From NCBI GenBank assembly GCA_947467185.1, contig CANIHR010000001.1, forward strand, positions 1-58,064: 58,064 bases of DNA, in the 5' to 3' direction. Shown here piece after piece: positions 9,000 to 17,513 of the stretch. The position numbers and the translations under genes are program-made. Each line of letters begins with the position of its first letter. Position 1 is the first letter of the stretch. Below the pieces are notes generated by a model, which made no database searches, was not told the origin of the DNA, and worked only from the letters and a program-made list of their open reading frames with translations. The DNA is from Bryobacterales bacterium. Its GTDB lineage: Bacteria; Acidobacteriota; Terriglobia; Bryobacterales; Bryobacteraceae.

Positions 9000-10333
9000 G
9001 ACAGCGCTCCATAACCGCCCCCCTGATTCTGGTGGGTATCGGTGTCCTCTTCCTGATCAACAATCTGTGGCGTGACGTGGCTATCTGGAGCCTGTTCGCC
9101 GATTACTGGCCCATTCTGCTGATCATCCTCGGCGTGCTGGGCCTCGTCGAAGTCCTTTTTCACGCCAGTCGCAATACGGCTCCCCCCCCACGTCCGCTCT
9201 CGGGCGGTGGCTTCTTCTGGATCTTTGTCCTGATTATGTTCGCGATCTGGGGTTCGAATCGGGGTGGCATTCACATCGGCCGTATCAATTCAAGTGGCGT
9301 GAATATCCTCGGCAGCGATTATGACTATGACGTGAACGCGTCCAGCCCGGCGCAGGGCATCACCCGCGTCGTCCTGGAAAACCTCAAGGGCAATCTGTCA
9401 CTCAAGGGTGAGGACGTCACCGACGTGAAACTGAGCGGCCACAAGTCGATCCGGGCCTTTAACAAGGGTGACGCCGACCGCGCCGACCAGCAGAGCACCA
9501 TCAAGCTCGACCGCCAGGGAGATCTCCTGATCGTCCGGGCTGAAGAGCCCCATGACAGCCGTATGCTGAGCGTTTCAACCGACCTTGACCTGGTCGTCCC
9601 CAAAGGCGTCAGCGTCGAGACACGAGGCCGCACCGGTGACCTGAGCGTGGAAGATATCGATGGCGGCGTCGAGATTTCCGGTGGCCGGGGCGATGTTCGC
9701 CTGAATCGGATCGGCAAAGATGTGAAAGTGGAATCAAGCCGTTCGGGTTTGGTTCGCGCGACCGACGTCAAGGGCGGAGTGGACCTGCAGGGTCGTGGTT
9801 CCGAAGTCCAGATCGAAAACGTGAAGGGCGAAGTGAAGGTGAACGGCGAGTTCTCTGGCACGCTGGAGTTCCGGGCACTGGCGAAATCGCTGCACTTCAC
9901 TTCCAACAGGTCCGACATGCGGATCGAACAGATTCCCGGCAGCGTCGTCCTTGACCTGGGTGAACTGAAGATGGAAAACGTGATCGGCCCGGTGCGCTTC
10001 CAGACCGGTTCCCGGGACGTGCAGATCACCGATGCCACCAACAGCATCGAATTGACGCTCGACCGGGGCGACATAACGCTGGCCCAGACGAAGTCGCCGC
10101 TGCCCAAGATGGAAGTTCGGACCCGGAACGGCGACATTACGATTGGTCTGCCCGAAAAGGCCGGCTTCGATATGGACGCCAAAACCGGACAGGGTGAAGC
10201 CTCGAATGACTTCGGCAACCCGCTCGAACAGAAGAGCGACGGCCGGGGCGCAACGATCAAAGGTAAGAGCGGTGCCGGGCCTCAGATTATTCTGAATACC
10301 GAACGCGGCAGCCTGACTGTCAAGAAGAACTAA
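8996..10333 (+). CDS. Membrane-anchored DUF4097-like (LiaG-type putative adhesin, beta-helix) protein
   Basis: GTGA overlap with the upstream gene. N-terminal APLILVGIGVLFLIN...YWPILLIILGV hairpin, followed by repeated G-D/S-[VI]-x-[VIL] beta-helix-like units (GDLSVEDIDGGVEISGGRGDVRLNRIGKDVKVES...). Confidence 0.7.
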   Translation: MRQRSITAPLILVGIGVLFLINNLWRDVAIWSLFADYWPILLIILGVLGLVEVLFHASRNTAPPPRPLSGGGFFWIFVLIMFAIWGSNRGGIHIGRINSSGVNILGSDYDYDVNASSPAQGITRVVLENLKGNLSLKGEDVTDVKLSGHKSIRAFNKGDADRADQQSTIKLDRQGDLLIVRAEEPHDSRMLSVSTDLDLVVPKGVSVETRGRTGDLSVEDIDGGVEISGGRGDVRLNRIGKDVKVESSRSGLVRATDVKGGVDLQGRGSEVQIENVKGEVKVNGEFSGTLEFRALAKSLHFTSNRSDMRIEQIPGSVVLDLGELKMENVIGPVRFQTGSRDVQITDATNSIELTLDRGDITLAQTKSPLPKMEVRTRNGDITIGLPEKAGFDMDAKTGQGEASNDFGNPLEQKSDGRGATIKGKSGAGPQIILNTERGSLTVKKN

Positions 10334-10342
10334 GTATAAGAT

Positions 10343-11107
10343 TTAAAACGGGATGCGTCGAACCGGGAGCGAAACGCTTCCGTTGTTCGTTTGGGCGGGT
10401 CCGGGGCCATCCGAATACCGGGTCCCGCTCTGCATCGCGCCAAAATTCACTTCCGTCGGATCGAAGGTCAATGGACGGTCGAGGATCATTTCCACCGTGC
10501 TGCCCTTGGCAAGCACCGCGTCGGGGCCACGTGTCAGCAACACTGTTGCCAGGCCGGCAGCGGCACCCGCTGCACCACCGATACCCGCGCCCATACCGTT
10601 CCGTGCGATCAGACCACCCAGCGACGCACCACCCAGACCACCGGTAGCAACCGTCTTGATGTCGCCACCCTTATTGGAGTCGCCCTTCACCACGCCTTCT
10701 TTACTGTCCAAATGCTCATTCCCCCGAGCGTCGATGCCCCCCAGTCTGGAACGAAAATCGCGGGTGATCCCATTCGGCAGAATGATGGAATCGAAGCGAA
10801 CATAGAGTTCACCCTTCCCCTTCAGGCGCCCCGGACGCTTGATTTGTGTCACGGTTCCAGTCACATGGCTACCCGGCGGAATCACGATATGGTTGCGTAC
10901 CACAATCGGAAACGCGGTTTCGAGATAGACCTTTTCGCCAACCGAGGAGTGTTTTGTGCTGACGCTGTTGATCAGGCTGAGCGCAATCCGCGTGCCCGCT
11001 TCGACAGTGTAGGCAGGCGAGGGTTCCGGCGTCTGCGCTGCCAGCGGGATGGCCGGAACAACCGCGAGGGTCAGAAAAATAGCGATACGTCCGGAAAAAA
11101 TGTGCAT
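10343..11107 (-). CDS. Secreted protein with TrbI/VirB10-like beta-domain and glycine-zipper segment
   Basis: Signal peptide MHIFSGRIAIFLTLAVVPAIPLAAQ. EAGTRIALSLINSVSTK...VIPPGSHVTGTV...ILPNG resembles the VirB10/TrbI C-domain pattern. GGLGGASLGGLIARNGMGAGIGGAAGAAAG is a glycine zipper. Confidence 0.55.
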   Translation of the reverse strand: MHIFSGRIAIFLTLAVVPAIPLAAQTPEPSPAYTVEAGTRIALSLINSVSTKHSSVGEKVYLETAFPIVVRNHIVIPPGSHVTGTVTQIKRPGRLKGKGELYVRFDSIILPNGITRDFRSRLGGIDARGNEHLDSKEGVVKGDSNKGGDIKTVATGGLGGASLGGLIARNGMGAGIGGAAGAAAGLATVLLTRGPDAVLAKGSTVEMILDRPLTFDPTEVNFGAMQSGTRYSDGPGPAQTNNGSVSLPVRRIPF

Positions 11108-11178
11108 GGTCTGCCTGTTCCTATTGTAGGACCGTTCCCAGGGACAATTCGTTCCGCAACTTTTTTTGGCGCAGCTGA

Positions 11179-12012
11179 CTATTTCGCCGCTACGACCGAT
11201 GGCTCAGCGGCTAACTGAATCTTCGGGGGGCTGATCTGCGACGCTACCGAGAGCCGGATTTCGGGATCCGGCGGCAGCGTGTCCGGCATCCGCAGATTGA
11301 CCTGGTAAAGCCCCGCAAACCCCGGGGCGAGGCCGGCATAGAGGATGTCTTTGGGCTGGATCGCAACTCCGGCGATGGTGACCTGCAGTTGGGCGAGATC
11401 GAGGATCGTAGCGGCTCCGGTGGCAACCCTCCCGGAACTACTCTCTGGCACCGTTCGTCCCAGCCCAACCGCGTAGAGGATTACGATCTCACCGGGTTTT
11501 GCAGGAGCCTGAGGTCCAATGATCGCCCCGGACAGATGCGAGGCAATAGCATAATTCCCGTTCCAGGGAAACAGTCCCGGCGAGGTGCTGTTGAGTGGTA
11601 TCTTCAGGGTCGGGCCGGCAAGCCCCTGTCGGGCCACGACGACGGTGGTCGTACCCGCGATGAGTTCGTAAGGAATCAGGAAATTGATCTGCGTGGGAGA
11701 AATGTAGAGCAGACTGGCCGACCTCCCCCCAACGTAAACCGTGACCCCGTCAAGAGAAGTCGGCAGGACTCCGCCCCGAAGGTCGGACGCACTCACCGAA
11801 TGCGTCGAAAACGCAAGATTCGCGCCGTAGAGCGTCGCGATGGTGTTCGGCGAGAGGGCCGAGGCAACCTGGGTTGCAGCGTTGACCAGACCCTCGGCTG
11901 TATAGGCAGGCGCACTGGCCGCGGACCATGCCGGAAAAGCAGCAGCCGACAACAGGGCGAGCATCACCACCGGAATTACGGCTAGGCGCGGTTTGGGGCG
12001 GACCCGGATCAT
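11179..12012 (-). CDS. Secreted protein with Solibacter-type C-terminal domain (TIGR03437-like)
   Basis: Signal peptide present. LYGANL...SLDGVTVYVGGRSASLLYISPTQINFLIPYEL...ILYAGLAPGFAGLYQVNLRMP is the hallmark pattern of this family. Confidence 0.7.
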   Translation of the reverse strand: MIRVRPKPRLAVIPVVMLALLSAAAFPAWSAASAPAYTAEGLVNAATQVASALSPNTIATLYGANLAFSTHSVSASDLRGGVLPTSLDGVTVYVGGRSASLLYISPTQINFLIPYELIAGTTTVVVARQGLAGPTLKIPLNSTSPGLFPWNGNYAIASHLSGAIIGPQAPAKPGEIVILYAVGLGRTVPESSSGRVATGAATILDLAQLQVTIAGVAIQPKDILYAGLAPGFAGLYQVNLRMPDTLPPDPEIRLSVASQISPPKIQLAAEPSVVAAK

Positions 12013-12115
12013 AAAGCCTTCCAGCTATATTTTCGGAGGTAAGAGAAGAAGAGTCTATACCTCCTCAAAAACAAAAAGTAGTATTACCTTTTACCGAAGG
12101 GGATATATGCGCCCC

Positions 12116-12151
12116 AAAAGCAAAAGGGGAGGCCAAGGCCTCCCCTTTTTC
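12116..12151 (-). terminator. Rho-independent (bidirectional-looking) terminator after gene 12173..13537
   Basis: GGGGAGGCC (12126-12134), loop AA, GGCCTCCCC (12137-12145). The hairpin is flanked by an A-run and a T-run. On the minus strand it is followed by TTTTGCTTTT. Confidence 0.65.
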
Positions 12152-12172
12152 TTGCCGAACCGAATGATGGAA

Positions 12173-13537
12173 CTACTGAATCGGGATCGTGATATTCGCC
12201 TGCGTCGTCAAACCGCTGGCGGTCACCACCAGGGTTTGCTCGCCGGTTCCCACATTTTGCGGCACCGCGAAGTTGATCTGGTAGTAACCAACGCCCACCA
12301 TGCCGGCAAAATCAACTGTGACTGGCACGCCGCCCAGCGTAACGGTCGGCTTTGTGACAACCGCGCCGCCGGTGCTGGTGAAGGCCTGCCCCGCAGGTAC
12401 CGGGCCGACCGTCGGCCCCAGGCCCACGGCGTAAAGCGCAACCAGATCGCCTTTTTTCGCGGGCCGGAAACCAGTTCCCAGGCTTGTGGGGCCAAGCAGG
12501 TCATAAGTACCCTGACCCTGACTGCCCTTTCCGTCCAGCGTCAGGATGATGCCGGTGGCATGTTTGCCGTCCGCCAGCAGCAGCATAGACGGCCCGGCAG
12601 TAGCCAGCGTAGCTGTGCTGGAAACCGTGCCGTTTGCAGTGGTCACGGTAACGGGCACCGACCCGGTCGCGGTATCGTCCGGAGCCTGCGCGTTGATCTG
12701 ACCGCCGCTGCTGAACCACAGATAGGCATCCTTACCGTTAACCTTCACGCTTGTTCCACCCAGAGAAGTGGGTATGGGGAACTTGCCATCCCAGACGCTG
12801 ACATCCGCAGCGAGATTGGTGCCGTATATCGAGAACCAGGACCCAGGCTGAATCGTCGTCGAAGCACTATAAACCGGAACCACCCCGCCGGTTGGAATCT
12901 GCGGTGCTTTGGGATTTGCCGCAGCAGCCGGGGTCAGAGTCACATTGGTGGTGTAAACGTTGGCGTTGTTTGAACTCGGCGCTCCCGCGGGGCCACCAAG
13001 TCCGGCAACGTAGAAAGTCACGTTCCCGACATCCGTGGCAGGCGGAGTCCAGTCGAACTGATACGTGTAACCGCCACTGGTCGAGGCGGTGTAGCCAGCC
13101 TGTGTATGTTCAATAAACTGCACGGGGAACCGGGCCGGGCAGGCCGCGCCGTTGTTCTTGGTGGTGCCATCATCGCAGAGGGTCTGCGTAAAAGCATCGA
13201 CCGTCGAAAAATCGCCGGCCTGGCCGTTGGACAGATTGCTCGCCAGCCGCGCTGTAAATTCGAACCCAAATTTCTGGCGGGCAGCATCGGTAATCTGAAC
13301 CTGAATGCGCTGCTTCACGCCCGGGGTATAGGTGGTCCCGCCCGAGGCCGTAATTTTCACGCTGCCACCGCCCGCGTTCAGCGTACCGGTGTGGCAACCC
13401 GACCCCAGACACGTACCCGCATCCCCAGGTGCCCCCGCCCGGCGTGGGTCAGGCCCGAATTCATAAGCCTGAATCAGAATCGGAACCACCACCGCAATGA
13501 GGCCCAGTTTCAAGAAGAAGAACTGCCGTTGTTTCAT
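12173..13537 (-). CDS. Secreted two-domain protein: Cys-containing N-domain plus Solibacter-type C-terminal domain
   Basis: The ATG at 13537 gives MKQRQFFFLKLGLIAVVVPILIQA. The N-domain (GTCLGSGCH...YTPGVKQRIQVQI...KFGFEFTA) looks reeler/DOMON-like. The C-terminal half (IYGTNLA...GGTSVKVNGKDAYLWFSSGGQINAQAP...FAGMVGVGYYQINFAVP) is TIGR03437-like. Confidence 0.7.
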   Translation of the reverse strand: MKQRQFFFLKLGLIAVVVPILIQAYEFGPDPRRAGAPGDAGTCLGSGCHTGTLNAGGGSVKITASGGTTYTPGVKQRIQVQITDAARQKFGFEFTARLASNLSNGQAGDFSTVDAFTQTLCDDGTTKNNGAACPARFPVQFIEHTQAGYTASTSGGYTYQFDWTPPATDVGNVTFYVAGLGGPAGAPSSNNANVYTTNVTLTPAAAANPKAPQIPTGGVVPVYSASTTIQPGSWFSIYGTNLAADVSVWDGKFPIPTSLGGTSVKVNGKDAYLWFSSGGQINAQAPDDTATGSVPVTVTTANGTVSSTATLATAGPSMLLLADGKHATGIILTLDGKGSQGQGTYDLLGPTSLGTGFRPAKKGDLVALYAVGLGPTVGPVPAGQAFTSTGGAVVTKPTVTLGGVPVTVDFAGMVGVGYYQINFAVPQNVGTGEQTLVVTASGLTTQANITIPIQ

Positions 13538-13617
13538 AGATATCGCCTGTAATCTTAACCTGGTTAGACCAGGACTTAGCCGGAGACGGAACACTCCGTT
13601 GAGTCTAGTGACAGATT

Positions 13618-14580
13618 TTAGCAGGGAGTCTGTACGCTTTTGTTCAGATTCCGGCGGGTCAGGGCCTTGCGCGTTATCGTGGTCACGGGAATCTCCTTGC
13701 GGGCGTCAGGCTCAAACCAGTTACCGCCCCCAGGCAGATCGGGACGAACGGGAAGCGTTGCACCCCATACATGAACCTGAAACCGGTCATTCACAATCTG
13801 GTGACTAAACGTGCACTCCAGTTGCACCTCGAACGGCGGTTCCGCAGGCTTCTGCGGCAGTTCCCAGAAGTCGGCCAGGCGGCTTTCCTCCCCGGAACGC
13901 TTCACCAGGTACGTCGAACTTCCCACCGAACAGCGCAGCAGGTGGAGTTCTAACCGGCGCGCAGCCGGCTTTCCCAGTTTCACCGGCAGCTGCGCCTGCG
14001 TCCCGGCCTGTCGCGCAGCGCAGAACTGCGCCACCGGACAGAGCAGGCAGCGGGGATTCGTCGGCAGACAGACAGTCGCCCCCAGTTCCATCATCGCCTG
14101 ATTAAAATCGCCCGGCCGGGAAGGAGAAAGCAATCCCTGGGCTGTCTCCGTAAAGCGCCTTTTGGTGGCTCCGGACCCGATCTCCGACGGGTCATTGGTT
14201 AGACGGCTGACCACGCGCAGAACATTTCCATCAACCGCCGCCCACGGCTGCCCGAGCGCGATGCTCGCCAGCGCCGCCGCTGTGTAGGGACCAACCCCCG
14301 GAAGGCACAGAATCTCCTCATATCCGGCGGGAGCGACCGTCGCCAGAATTTCCGCCGCTCGGCGCAGATTGCGGGCGCGCGAGTAGTAACCAAGTCCCGC
14401 CCACGCAGCCAGAACCTCGGCCTCGGGAGCGGCAGCGAGGGATGCCGCGTCGGGGAACCTGGCCAGAAACGCCAGATAAAACGGGATCACCGCCTCCACA
14501 CGAGTCTGCTGGAGCATGATCTCTGAAACAAGGACGCGGTAAAGATCCTTCGAATGGCGCCAGGGCAGGTCGCGCGCCAC
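13618..14580 (-). CDS. mutY: A/G-specific adenine DNA glycosylase MutY
   Basis: RDLPWR...YRVLVSEIMLQQTRV, HhH-GPD (LPGVGPYTAAA), 4-Cys FeS cluster loop (CLPTNPRCLLCPVAQFC), C-terminal NUDIX-like domain. Confidence 0.85.
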   Translation of the reverse strand: MARDLPWRHSKDLYRVLVSEIMLQQTRVEAVIPFYLAFLARFPDAASLAAAPEAEVLAAWAGLGYYSRARNLRRAAEILATVAPAGYEEILCLPGVGPYTAAALASIALGQPWAAVDGNVLRVVSRLTNDPSEIGSGATKRRFTETAQGLLSPSRPGDFNQAMMELGATVCLPTNPRCLLCPVAQFCAARQAGTQAQLPVKLGKPAARRLELHLLRCSVGSSTYLVKRSGEESRLADFWELPQKPAEPPFEVQLECTFSHQIVNDRFQVHVWGATLPVRPDLPGGGNWFEPDARKEIPVTTITRKALTRRNLNKSVQTPC

Positions 14581-14627
14581 CCTGTCATACCAGGTGAGAA
14601 GCTCCCTCCGAAAAGAAGACGTCGGAA

Positions 14628-15449
14628 TCAGGAGTCCAGAACCTCGACAAACTCCCCGATCACTCGAAACGCATCGGGCCTCAGCTCAAAGGCTTCAAAC
14701 TCCGGGTTCAGCGGTTCCAGGCGAATCAATTGGTGCTCCCATCCGTCCGCCGTTTGCTTTTTCTCGCTTTTGTAGCGCTTGACCGTGTAGCGCGCCGCGA
14801 AGTCGGTCTCATCGAACTTCTCAATCAGCAACCGCTTCCCCTGCCGGGTCCCCGTCACATTGGCGCGGAAAACGCAGAGGCTGCCATCCGGAATCAGCGG
14901 TTCCATGGAGCGGCCAACCACCCAGGCGGCGAACAGGTCCGGTGTTACCCGCAGATTTTCCGGCGTCCGGATCCACTCCTCTTCACCTGCCGACATGCCC
15001 TCACCGAACTTCGTGGCAGCCGCCCGAAGGGCGTACACCGGAATATGCGTAACACCCGGCCGGACTTCTCCATCCACGTGCTGATCGAAGAGCCGATCCA
15101 CCGCCCGGCCCGGATCTCCGGTGTAGCTGATTGCGGTCCGGTCGCTGATTCGGAGAAAGCCGGAGAGCGAATCTTCCAGCGATTCCAGTAGCTGCGCACC
15201 GCCCATTTCCAGTGACTTCCCCCGCAGATCAGCCGCCAGATACGTCAGGAAATCCGCCGCCTCTTCATCCAGTTCCGCAAACGTCTCCGCACCCCGCAGG
15301 CGCAACGAGAGAATCCCGGAAGCCTCATCCAGCAGCAAAATACCAAGGGGTTCCGGTTTGTTGCCCGGCACAACGACTTCCAGCAGCGACCACGCTGCCG
15401 ACCGCGCAGCACGACGAACATCGCTTATGGACAGAACCTGAGCTGGCAT
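14628..15449 (-). CDS. S24 (LexA/UmuD-type) serine autopeptidase domain fused to an uncharacterised, non-HTH N-terminal domain
   Basis: The C-terminal ~120 aa carry the IPVYALRAAA... linker, the Ser motif GRSMEPLIPDGS and the Lys motif YTVKRY. The N-terminal ~140 aa (WSLLEVVVPGNKPEPLGILLLDEASGILSLRL...) has no helix-turn-helix pattern and is vaguely DUF3037-like. Confidence 0.65.
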   Translation of the reverse strand: MPAQVLSISDVRRAARSAAWSLLEVVVPGNKPEPLGILLLDEASGILSLRLRGAETFAELDEEAADFLTYLAADLRGKSLEMGGAQLLESLEDSLSGFLRISDRTAISYTGDPGRAVDRLFDQHVDGEVRPGVTHIPVYALRAAATKFGEGMSAGEEEWIRTPENLRVTPDLFAAWVVGRSMEPLIPDGSLCVFRANVTGTRQGKRLLIEKFDETDFAARYTVKRYKSEKKQTADGWEHQLIRLEPLNPEFEAFELRPDAFRVIGEFVEVLDS

Positions 15450-15511
15450 GGACGAAACTCAATTCTAACCGCGAGCGAACACGAAAGAAATTACCCCGCC
15501 CAAAATGGGAA

Positions 15512-16537
15512 CTACTGCGGGGGGGCGTACGGGTAATAGCCTTCACGATGCCGGATCACGACATTCGGCAAGTTGTTCACTGACACCTTAATACGGCGGA
15601 ATTGCCTGGCGTCGGTCTTTTCCGCCACGTCCGGCGTGTAGCGCATCACATACTGAGAGGTGATCTCACCACCCAGATTCGCGATCGAACGGAAGATCGA
15701 GCTGGAAATTTCTGCCGTATACCCACCCGAACCAACCGCGATGGCATAGTTGCCGTAATCGGACGGCGTGGACAGGTAACCGGAAATATCCTTATAAATA
15801 TTGTTGAGAGGCATCTCAACCTTGCCGCCGGTCTTCTCGGTCAACTGCGTCAGATTTTCTTCCGCATCGGTGTGAAAACCAAAAGCCACCGTGCTCATGG
15901 CATAGACCGTTACCAGGTTCCGCTGTGCGATTTCAATAACTTCCTTCAGGTTCTTCTTGCTGGAAGTGTCGTGACCGTCGCCAATGATCACAATCACGCG
16001 GCGCGGTTCAAACGGTTCACCCTGCACGGTCCGACGGCTGGTGCAGGCCATGTAGACCGCATCAAACAGTGAAGCCCCACCACCCGGCTTCAGCTTACGC
16101 ATCTTGTCGACCATCTTTTCCGAGTCACTGTTGGTATCAACCACCAGCTCGGCTTCATTGGAATAGGTGATCAGATAGCCCGAATACTTCTTGTCGCCGG
16201 GGAGCAGGTGGAGCATCAGCTCCATTGCCGCGTCCTTGTACTTCTCCCAGTGGATCTTCATGCCACTGCTCTGGTCGATCAGAAACCCGATGACAATCGG
16301 CTGCGACTGCTGGTGGCTGAAGAAACCGATCTGCTGTTCTTTCCCCTCGTCGTACAGGTGAAAATCCGATTTTTCCAGATTCGAGACAAAGCGTCCCTTA
16401 TCGTCGGTGACGGTAACCGGAACGATGACTTCGTTCACAGAAACACGAATCGGTTGCTGGGCGAGGGCCGCCGCCGCGACAACAGCGAGGCCGACCACGA
16501 CGCGGAATGAGGGAACACGGTGACGAAGCATAGACAA
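15512..16537 (-). CDS. Secreted VWA-domain protein (acidobacterial VWFA-related, TIGR03436-like)
   Basis: Signal peptide, then IRVSVNEVIVPVTVTDDKGRFVSNLEKSDFHLYDEGKEQQI, and a MIDAS-like DQSSGM ... IIGDGHDTSS. Confidence 0.8.
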   Translation of the reverse strand: MSMLRHRVPSFRVVVGLAVVAAAALAQQPIRVSVNEVIVPVTVTDDKGRFVSNLEKSDFHLYDEGKEQQIGFFSHQQSQPIVIGFLIDQSSGMKIHWEKYKDAAMELMLHLLPGDKKYSGYLITYSNEAELVVDTNSDSEKMVDKMRKLKPGGGASLFDAVYMACTSRRTVQGEPFEPRRVIVIIGDGHDTSSKKNLKEVIEIAQRNLVTVYAMSTVAFGFHTDAEENLTQLTEKTGGKVEMPLNNIYKDISGYLSTPSDYGNYAIAVGSGGYTAEISSSIFRSIANLGGEITSQYVMRYTPDVAEKTDARQFRRIKVSVNNLPNVVIRHREGYYPYAPPQ

Positions 16538-16628
16538 CTCCTCTCAGTCTAACGCGAATGGAAAGAACTTTGGGTACGCCGCCCCGGAGGAGCAACCAAC
16601 CTCCGTGCTACGCTTGAGGACGTCAAGC

Positions 16629-17453
16629 ATGTATAAGGCGTTTTTCGGCCTCATCAGCAACCCGTTTAACCTCAGTCCGGACCCGGCGTTTCTCTACCGG
16701 AGCCCGCACCACGAGGAAGCGCTTGCCAATCTGATCTACGGTGTCCAGAGCCGGAAGGGGTTCATCCTCCTCACCGGCGAAGTTGGCACGGGCAAAACCA
16801 CCATGCTGGAGTGCCTCCGCGACCACCTGGATTCGCACCAGATCCCGTTCGCCTTCATCTTTAACTCCCGCCTGACGTCCGATCAGTTCTTCGAGATGAT
16901 CGCCTACGATCTCGACCTGCCCTGCACCCGAACCTCGAAAACTGAAGTCCTCATCGCGCTGAACACGATGCTGCTCGAAAGAGCCAACCAGAACAAGACG
17001 ACCGTACTGATTGTCGACGAAGGCCAGAATCTGGAGTGGGACGTTCTTGAAGAGATCCGCTTGCTGGGAAATCTGGAAAATCGGCGCGGCAAGCTCCTGC
17101 AGATCATCATCTCCGGTCAGCCGGAACTCGACGTCAAGCTGGAACAGGACGAATACCGCCAGTTGCGGCAGAGGATTGCTCTCCGCTGTCGCCTGCGGCC
17201 CTTCACGGAATTTGAAACTGCAGAATACATTGCCACTCGCCTGGCAAGATCGGGCATGAGGGACCAGCGGGTTTTCCCGCCCAACGTCCTCGCCCGAATC
17301 CATGCCGGAACACACGGTATTCCGCGCCTGATCAACTCCGTCTGTGATAACCTGCTGCTCACCAGTTTCGCCATGGAGAGCCACGTGGCCACCGTGGAAA
17401 TGTATGAAGAAGTCGCCCGCGATCTTCGCCTCGATAGAAATCCCGTCGGCTAG
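16629..17453 (+). CDS. ExeA-like AAA ATPase (PEP-CTERM/EPS-locus secretion ATPase type, TIGR03015-like)
   Basis: MYKAFFGLISNPFNLSPDPAFLY..., Walker A GEVGTGKT, Walker B VLIVDEGQNL, ISGQPEL. Start chosen at the ATG at 16629 inside ORF 16605..17453. Confidence 0.8.
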   Translation: MYKAFFGLISNPFNLSPDPAFLYRSPHHEEALANLIYGVQSRKGFILLTGEVGTGKTTMLECLRDHLDSHQIPFAFIFNSRLTSDQFFEMIAYDLDLPCTRTSKTEVLIALNTMLLERANQNKTTVLIVDEGQNLEWDVLEEIRLLGNLENRRGKLLQIIISGQPELDVKLEQDEYRQLRQRIALRCRLRPFTEFETAEYIATRLARSGMRDQRVFPPNVLARIHAGTHGIPRLINSVCDNLLLTSFAMESHVATVEMYEEVARDLRLDRNPVG

Positions 17454-17513
17454 TACTGCACAGGTACCCGAAGCAACCAATTCACACAACACCTCCCGTT
17501 AAACTGGAAGCTG

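Noticed and set aside
9251-9260. GGTTCGAATC, a tRNA T-arm-like string
   Set aside because: It lies inside the DUF4097-like CDS, and no acceptor, anticodon or D-arm complementarity surrounds it. It is not a tRNA.
9325-10260. 311-aa minus-strand ORF inside the DUF4097-like gene
   Set aside because: It is a Ser/Pro/Arg-rich shadow ORF with no start context.
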